From contig JAFSRZ010000005.1 of NCBI GenBank assembly GCA_017445875.1, positions 5,251 to 69,250 of the forward strand: DNA of 64,000 bases, given 5' to 3'. Position 1 is the first letter of the stretch; each line of letters begins with the position of its first letter. This DNA is from Oscillospiraceae bacterium (GTDB taxonomy: Bacteria > Bacillota > Clostridia > Oscillospirales > Oscillospiraceae). A model generated the notes under the pieces. It was not told where the DNA came from and did not search any database. It was given only the letters and a program-made list of their open reading frames with translations. Below, piece after piece: positions 58,217 to 64,000 of the stretch. A program made the translations under genes and the position numbers.

Positions 58217-58429
58217 ATGGCTCCCATTGCGCAACGAATCGCCGAAATGGTGGATATACTGCCGGAAACTGACCAAGCGTTGGCGTTGGCTATGGTTGAA
58301 AAACTGGTTCTGGCATGGGACCCGGATTTTACCAAGGTCACGCCGGATGAGGACGCCGCGATAACGCAGGCCATTCGGGAAATGGACGCCGGAGAGTATG
58401 TCCCCCATAGCGCTATCAATTGGGATTGA
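58217..58429 (+). CDS. Putative antitoxin, downstream of the toxin
   Basis: Acidic 70-aa ORF with SD AAGGAG, starting 1 nt after the toxin stop. Confidence 0.7.
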   Translation: MAPIAQRIAEMVDILPETDQALALAMVEKLVLAWDPDFTKVTPDEDAAITQAIREMDAGEYVPHSAINWD

Positions 58430-58494
58430 ACGGAACGCCCCGCCCGGCGAAACCGGGTGAGGGCGTTTTACTGTGTCGATTTCGGACAGCGTTT

Positions 58495-59130
58495 TCACAG
58501 CGGCGGGAGCGCCCAGCCAATCAGTAACGCGCCGTCGTCGACGGAAATTGACGCTTTGTCGTCCGTGATATGGTTGCTGACGCCTAACGGGAAGTCGCAC
58601 GACAACTCCGCGCCGTCGAGCGGATAGAGTACGCCGCGAATGGTCACGCCCTTGGCGCGGCTTGTCAGCGCGAACACGGACAGTAAACCGTCGGGCAACA
58701 GGCGCGGCACCTCGAAGGATTCATTTTCAATGGCAGTCCACACGAAGTCTCGCCCGTACAGAAAGCCTCGCGCCTTACGGCGGCACAAGTACAACAGCCC
58801 TTGCAAATTGGCTACCGTATGGTCCATACGTCCGCCGCCGGTGCCGCCGTAGATGTGGAACTCGGTACAGTTCCGGGAAAGTCCGGCTTTGAGCGCTAAC
58901 ATGGTGTCGGTATCGTCCTTCATGACGGGGACGCGCTCGACATGCGGGACACTGGTCAAGTCGGACGGTTCGTCCATGGAATCGAAATCGCCGATGAGCA
59001 AGTCCGGGGACAGGCCGATTTCCCGGCAGAGGCGGAACCCGGCGTCGGCGGCAATGACGTAATCCCCGGAAACGGGCGACTTACGCAGGCCATCGAACTC
59101 GGCGGCGGAAAATACGAAACAGCGGCGCAT
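58495..59130 (-). CDS. thiN: Thiamine pyrophosphokinase
   Basis: IAADAG, GDFDS, KDDTD, GRMDH, GVSN. Confidence 0.95.
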   Translation of the reverse strand: MRRCFVFSAAEFDGLRKSPVSGDYVIAADAGFRLCREIGLSPDLLIGDFDSMDEPSDLTSVPHVERVPVMKDDTDTMLALKAGLSRNCTEFHIYGGTGGGRMDHTVANLQGLLYLCRRKARGFLYGRDFVWTAIENESFEVPRLLPDGLLSVFALTSRAKGVTIRGVLYPLDGAELSCDFPLGVSNHITDDKASISVDDGALLIGWALPPL

Positions 59131-59144
59131 GATAGCACATCCTT

Positions 59145-60584
59145 TCAAGAAGTTTTCACGCCCAGCCAGACCGGGAGCGGGTCACAGAGCGGGCGGCAGT
59201 CGGAATCCAACAGCAGAACCCGCAGATTCCACACGGCGGGGAGCGTGAAGGACACGCTTCCGGCGTCGGCGGACACGTTTTTCATGTCGACGGACAGAAA
59301 CTGCCCTGTCCCGCCGAAGTACGCCAGCGCCACGGTGACGGGCGCGGAGTTCTCCAGTGTCACGGACAGCGCACCGTTGGAGGGCATGACAGCGGTTATC
59401 GCGTAGTGCGGAACCCGCTCAAAGAGTACGGCAAAGTTATGGTCTCTGATGACGTTCTGGAAAACGTACTCGGAGAGCAGACCCATTTCCACGCCGTCAA
59501 TACGCACGGACTGCACACGGTAGCCGGGATTCGGGCTGATAACATATTTTTGGGCAGTCCCGGCGCGGACGCGGGTATCTCCGGCGGGCGAGACGGTGCC
59601 GCCGTCCCCGACATACGCCGTGATGATATAATAGGTTTCAGGTTCCGGTTCGGGTTCCGGTTCCGGTTGGGGTTGGGACTGATACGCGGTAAAGTATCCG
59701 GGCGCGGACGGCGTGTCAATGCGGGCGTACTCCTTATCGGTGTGACTGTTGCTGAACTTGGTACCGTTGCCGCCGACAAGTGACCGGCAGTCCATAAACA
59801 TGCCGGGACTTCCCGTGTACTGGTCGCGCTCGGCGACAAGAGCGGTTGTGAATTTGTCGGACACGTAGATGGTTTTCAGATTGGAACAGCGTTCAAACAT
59901 ATTGTGCATGTCCGTGACATGGGAAGTGTCGAAGCTGGACAGGTTCAGCGTGGTCAGCGCGGAGCAGACCCGGAACATCATACTGGTGTCCTTGGCGCTG
60001 GCGGTGCTGAACCCGGACAGATTCAGTGTCGTCAGCTTGGAGGAGTAGGAGAACATATTGTGCATTTCGGTGACATGAGAGGTGTCCCAGCCGGACAAGT
60101 CCAGCGTCGTCAGACTGGAACAACTGTGGAATGTGTACATCATGTAGGAGACCTTGGAAGTGTCGAAGGAGGATACGTCCAGTTCCGTCAGACTGGAACA
60201 GTTGGAGAACATGTAATTCATGTATTCGACATTGGAAGTGTCGAGATTCCGCAAGTTCTCGAAGCGTTGCAGATTGGTAAAGCCGTAAAACCAGTAACTT
60301 GTCCCGGTGGGGCGGATGGTGTCGGCGAATGAGACCACGCGCACGGACTGACGCTCGTTATACCACGGAATGTCGGAAAGCGCCCAGAAGGTGTCATTCA
60401 GGTCGACCTCGTATGTTTTGCTGACGGTCTTGCCGGACTGCGGGGTGTTGCCGTGCTGGAAAACCATGGTGCCGTCCGTGTAGAGAATGGCGTACACGTT
60501 GTCGGCGGCGTGCGTCGTTATCACGGGAAACAGTATCATCAGAGCGAACAGCGCCGCGCATACGTGGAGGAAATATTTTTTCAT
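59145..60584 (-). CDS. Secreted DUF285/BspA-like repeat surface protein
   Basis: Signal peptide, LDVSSFDTSKV..MF repeats, QP/EP linker, Ig-like repeat domain, shared C-terminal domain. Confidence 0.88.
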   Translation of the reverse strand: MKKYFLHVCAALFALMILFPVITTHAADNVYAILYTDGTMVFQHGNTPQSGKTVSKTYEVDLNDTFWALSDIPWYNERQSVRVVSFADTIRPTGTSYWFYGFTNLQRFENLRNLDTSNVEYMNYMFSNCSSLTELDVSSFDTSKVSYMMYTFHSCSSLTTLDLSGWDTSHVTEMHNMFSYSSKLTTLNLSGFSTASAKDTSMMFRVCSALTTLNLSSFDTSHVTDMHNMFERCSNLKTIYVSDKFTTALVAERDQYTGSPGMFMDCRSLVGGNGTKFSNSHTDKEYARIDTPSAPGYFTAYQSQPQPEPEPEPEPETYYIITAYVGDGGTVSPAGDTRVRAGTAQKYVISPNPGYRVQSVRIDGVEMGLLSEYVFQNVIRDHNFAVLFERVPHYAITAVMPSNGALSVTLENSAPVTVALAYFGGTGQFLSVDMKNVSADAGSVSFTLPAVWNLRVLLLDSDCRPLCDPLPVWLGVKTS

Positions 60585-60631
60585 ATTGTATGCCTCTTTC
60601 AAGTAAGGAAATTGTCCGGGCGGGAACACGT

Positions 60632-62812
60632 TCACCCAATCGACACCGGCACGGCGTCGCGGAGCGGGCGGCAGTCGGAATCCAACAGCATGACACGCGC
60701 CGTATCCGCGGCGGGGAGTGCGAAGGATACGCTTCCGGCGTCGGCGGACACGGCTTTCAGGTCGGCGGACAGGAATTTCCCGCTTTTGTCGAAGTACGAC
60801 ACCGCGACGGTCACGGGGTCGGGACTGTTCAGCGCGACAAGCAGGGCGTCCCCGTCGGGCGTGACCGCCGCCGCGACATACGCCGCGCCGCGTACGGACA
60901 GGGACGGGATGTCGCAGTCAGGGACGGACAACGCGCCGTCACGGTTCAGGGAAATTTCGATATCCTGTCCCCGTCCGGTGCCGGTGAGTGTGACGTTCCC
61001 GTACTGGATATCGTCGAAGTCGGATTGCAGGGAGACGGCGTAGGTATCGCCGGGGGAAGCGCTGGCAACGGTGACGGCGTTGGATTTGGAGGCGTCGTCG
61101 ACGGCGAAGGAAACCGTGTCGGCGGTCGTGGACACGCTCGCGCTCATGTGCTGGTCGCTCATGGTGGCCTCAAGGGTGATATCGTCGCCGGTGGAAATAC
61201 TGTACGCGTCTTTCGGCAGGAATACAGTCCGCTCTTTTGACCAGTACATGGACAGTTCCGGCATTTCGTAAATGTCGTCGCGGGCGGTGACAAGTTGCCC
61301 GTTGACAAGTTTCGCTACTTCCTCGTCCTGTTTGTTTCGGATAGAGAGGTTTTCGGCGTTGACAGTCAGTATCTGGCTCATGGCGTTAGGGCGTCCGCGA
61401 TTCTCCCAGATACTTTCCAGCGTGTCGTAGGGTACATAGGATATGGAACACGCACTATCGCCCCAGACGCCGTAGCCGCCCATATCGTAACTCCACGCGG
61501 ACGCGTTTTGAATCGTCAGGGCGCGCAATTGACCGGGGAAGTTGCAATCATAAATTTGGAGCGTGGCGGCGGTATCGCTGACATTTTCCGCGTCGACGGC
61601 TAAGAGCGCGTGTCCGCCGACGCCGTTCTTTGTGACGGCAACGAATACGGGTTGCCCCTTGGCGGCGGCGTCCCGCACGGCGCTGACCAGCGGCATGAGG
61701 GACTGTCCGGGCTGGAAAGTGTGATTGGCGCGGGCTTTCGAGAAGGCTTCCGTATACTGCGAAATCTGCATGGCCTCGACAAACGTTCTCACGGAAAGAC
61801 TGCCGTTCATGTCGCCGACGCCCAGCGACCACACGTCGTTTTTGCCGAACGCGGACGGCGTTACCGCGTCATTGGCGTAAAACAGCGCGGCGGAACCTGC
61901 CATTCCGGCGCAATTGCCGCCCCACGCCGAACCCGTGGCGACACGTTTGTATTGGAGTTTGCCCGCGACGGTCTGACCGAAAATCAGAAAGAACGATTCC
62001 GGCGGGATGGGATAAGTATCGAGGCCGGGGCCGGTGGACTTGTAGCCGAAGTCTTTCATACTGTTGCCGAAGGCGTAGGCGTCGCGCCGGACATCGAAAG
62101 ATTTTTGCACGAGTGCGCCCTTTTCGCTGAAGTAGCCGGGGGCGGAGGGCGTGTCGAGGCGGGCGTAGGCCTTGTCGACGTGGGCGGCGTCATACTTGGT
62201 ACCGTTGCCGCCTGTCAGTGCCGCGCAGTCGCGGAACATGTCGCCGCTTTGCGTGACGGCGGCGGTTGTGAACTGGCCGGACGCGTAAACGGTTTTGAGT
62301 TTGGACGCGCCCGCGAACATGGAAGCGGTATTCCCGACATTGGCGGTCTCGAAGCCGGACAAGTCCAGTGTTTGCAGGCTTGCGCAGTTTCGGAACATGC
62401 ACGACATGTCCGTGATATTCATGCTTTCAAGGTTCTGGATATCGTCCACACGTTCCAGCTTGGAAAAACCGTCAAACCAGCAGGCCGTAGCGTAAGGCCG
62501 CACGGGTTCCGCGAATGACACGACGCGCACAGTGTCCTTGACCGCGTTCCACGGCGGCGGGGACTTCTCCGTGTATACGCTCATCGGGTCGAAATTGTAC
62601 GTGTTCCTGACAGTCTTTCCAGACTGCGGCGTGTTGGCATTCTGAAAGGCAAGCGTGCCGTCGTCGTAGAAAAGCGCGTACATGCCATCGGGATAAACGG
62701 GGATAATGCTTTCCGTAGGCTTGCCGCTGTCGCCCGCCGCGTGGGACACCACGGAAAACAGCGTCAAAAACACACACAGCGCCGCGCATACGCGCAGGAA
62801 TTGCCTTTTCAT
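60632..62812 (-). CDS. Secreted DUF285-repeat protein with papain-like Cys-His-Asp domain
   Basis: Signal peptide, DUF285 repeats, WGGNCAGM / GGHALLA / IYDCN, shared C-terminal domain. Confidence 0.8.
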   Translation of the reverse strand: MKRQFLRVCAALCVFLTLFSVVSHAAGDSGKPTESIIPVYPDGMYALFYDDGTLAFQNANTPQSGKTVRNTYNFDPMSVYTEKSPPPWNAVKDTVRVVSFAEPVRPYATACWFDGFSKLERVDDIQNLESMNITDMSCMFRNCASLQTLDLSGFETANVGNTASMFAGASKLKTVYASGQFTTAAVTQSGDMFRDCAALTGGNGTKYDAAHVDKAYARLDTPSAPGYFSEKGALVQKSFDVRRDAYAFGNSMKDFGYKSTGPGLDTYPIPPESFFLIFGQTVAGKLQYKRVATGSAWGGNCAGMAGSAALFYANDAVTPSAFGKNDVWSLGVGDMNGSLSVRTFVEAMQISQYTEAFSKARANHTFQPGQSLMPLVSAVRDAAAKGQPVFVAVTKNGVGGHALLAVDAENVSDTAATLQIYDCNFPGQLRALTIQNASAWSYDMGGYGVWGDSACSISYVPYDTLESIWENRGRPNAMSQILTVNAENLSIRNKQDEEVAKLVNGQLVTARDDIYEMPELSMYWSKERTVFLPKDAYSISTGDDITLEATMSDQHMSASVSTTADTVSFAVDDASKSNAVTVASASPGDTYAVSLQSDFDDIQYGNVTLTGTGRGQDIEISLNRDGALSVPDCDIPSLSVRGAAYVAAAVTPDGDALLVALNSPDPVTVAVSYFDKSGKFLSADLKAVSADAGSVSFALPAADTARVMLLDSDCRPLRDAVPVSIG

Positions 62813-62889
62813 GTGGTGTGCCTCCTGTCACGTTAGAATTTCGGGGGACGGTCGCCCCGTGCCGCCTCCCCGGAGGGAGGGCAAGGGCG

Positions 62890-63735
62890 TCATTTCATCA
62901 CATACAAGAAGCGTTCGCACAGAGGCCGGAAACTGTCATCGAACAGCATAAAGTAGGCCTTGTGGGCGTTGTCGAACGTCAGGAGGACATTTCCGGCGTT
63001 GGCGGGTACGCTATGGGTGGACGCCGATACAAATTGCCCCTTGGCGTCGAAGTACGAGACCGCTAATGTCACGGGGGCGGGATTGCTCAACGTGACGCGG
63101 TTGCCGCTGACGGCGGTGATTTCGTAAGTCCCCAGTGTCACGCGGACAGGCTGGAACGCGGCAAGCGTCAACGTTTTCCCGCCGGTGCCGGTGATGTTGG
63201 TTCTTACTTTGTTACTGTCGAACGTGAACACAGCTTCGCCGGAGGCGTCCGCGCTGGCCTGAAACGCCATCCGGGCGAGTACAAGTGTCTCACCGGCGTT
63301 GACTTTGTACGGGTTCGCGCCGCCGCCGCTGACCGAGATGAAGCCGCTTTTCTTGCCGTTGCCCGTCATAGTCCACTCGTAATCGCTCGACAATGCACTG
63401 TTATTCTGATACGGGTTTCTTGTGAAGGGGCTTGTACCTGTATAGGGCGTGACTTTCGCCGGGTCGTAATAGAGTTTCGCGGCGAACCCGGAGACATCGA
63501 CGGCGGCGGCGGTCTTGTTCTGGAAAGCGACTGTCAGCACGAACATGTCACCGGGGGAAACGGCGCTGATTTCCGGGGCGGAATCGGGGTCGAATGTGGT
63601 TCCCGCCGTGAAACGCTGGATGTTGGTCACAGTCAGTTGATAACCGCTGTCCGCCGCGCCGACGGGAAATGCCGTCATGCCGCAGAGTGCCGCCAGCGTC
63701 AGCAGGACACAGAACAGGCGTTTGAATATTCGCAT
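62890..63735 (-). CDS. Secreted cohesin-like beta-sandwich protein with shared C-terminal domain
   Basis: Signal peptide; GDMFVLTV..GFAAKLYYDPAKV..LARMAFQ..GEAVFTF cohesin-like pattern; SD AAGGAGG. Confidence 0.65.
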   Translation of the reverse strand: MRIFKRLFCVLLTLAALCGMTAFPVGAADSGYQLTVTNIQRFTAGTTFDPDSAPEISAVSPGDMFVLTVAFQNKTAAAVDVSGFAAKLYYDPAKVTPYTGTSPFTRNPYQNNSALSSDYEWTMTGNGKKSGFISVSGGGANPYKVNAGETLVLARMAFQASADASGEAVFTFDSNKVRTNITGTGGKTLTLAAFQPVRVTLGTYEITAVSGNRVTLSNPAPVTLAVSYFDAKGQFVSASTHSVPANAGNVLLTFDNAHKAYFMLFDDSFRPLCERFLYVMK

Positions 63736-63762
63736 AAAAAAGCCTCCTTCAAAGTTGGTAGC

Positions 63763-63904
63763 GTCGCGGAAGCGGTTCCCCGTGCCGCACAGCACTTGTT
63801 ACAGTGTCGCGGAAGCGGTTCCCCGTGCCGCACAGCACTTGTTACAGTGTCGCGGAAGCGGTTCCCCGCGCCGCACAACGTTTGTTACAGTGTCGCGGAA
63901 GCGG
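63763..63904. repeat. 43-bp intergenic tandem repeat (about 3.3 copies)
   Basis: GTCGCGGAAGCGGTTCCCCGTGCCGCACAGCACTTGTTACAGT at 63763, 63806, 63849, partial at 63892. Confidence 0.92.
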
Positions 63905-64000
63905 GCAGACAAAGCGGCCTTCCGTCCGGGTCTGTCAGGAACACCGACACCCGCGCCGCGCCCGTGGGATTCAATGTGGCGGAGTAAGTCCCGGCGGACG

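Noticed and set aside
62890-63735. Cellulosome scaffoldin
   Set aside because: Only one cohesin-like domain, with no dockerin or glycoside hydrolase genes in the window
47349-63904. Short repeat arrays (47349, 48885, 63763) as CRISPR arrays
   Set aside because: Units are directly tandem with no unique 25-45 bp spacers, and no cas genes are in the window

Overview
GC-rich (roughly 60%, by eye) chromosomal segment of a Firmicute. Gene order and protein similarity suggest Clostridia, probably Oscillospiraceae (inference). Housekeeping blocks: Opp/Dpp ABC genes, rpsB-tsf, tex, gdpP-rplI-dnaB-tilS-hpt-ftsH, mutL-miaA-hfq-yggS-sepF-divIVA-radC-uvrB, THF riboswitch-folT, two tRNA-Ser, lspA-rluD and thiN. 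An accessory region at about 36.0-53.1 kb holds an EcoHK31I/EaeI-type restriction-modification system, whose methyltransferase beta subunit is encoded inside the alpha gene in another frame. Next to it is a 14.6 kb phospho-signalling cluster joining a membrane FHA/SEDS/PBP/PP2C cell-wall module to a TerY-P-like triad (PP2C, kinases, vWA), plus HTH, Zn-ribbon/propeller and SLH proteins. This cluster is the best candidate for an undescribed system. Other notable items: an IS4-like MITE inserted in frame in tilS and again at the miaA RBS; a 101-bp IS5-like MITE; a 29-bp repeat that could toggle a kinase-vWA fusion; a shared ~85-aa domain on five secreted proteins; a TIR-TM-Sel1 protein; a probable ATA start for dnaB; and apparent GATC/CCWGG avoidance. 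All family calls come from reading motifs by eye; no database search was run.
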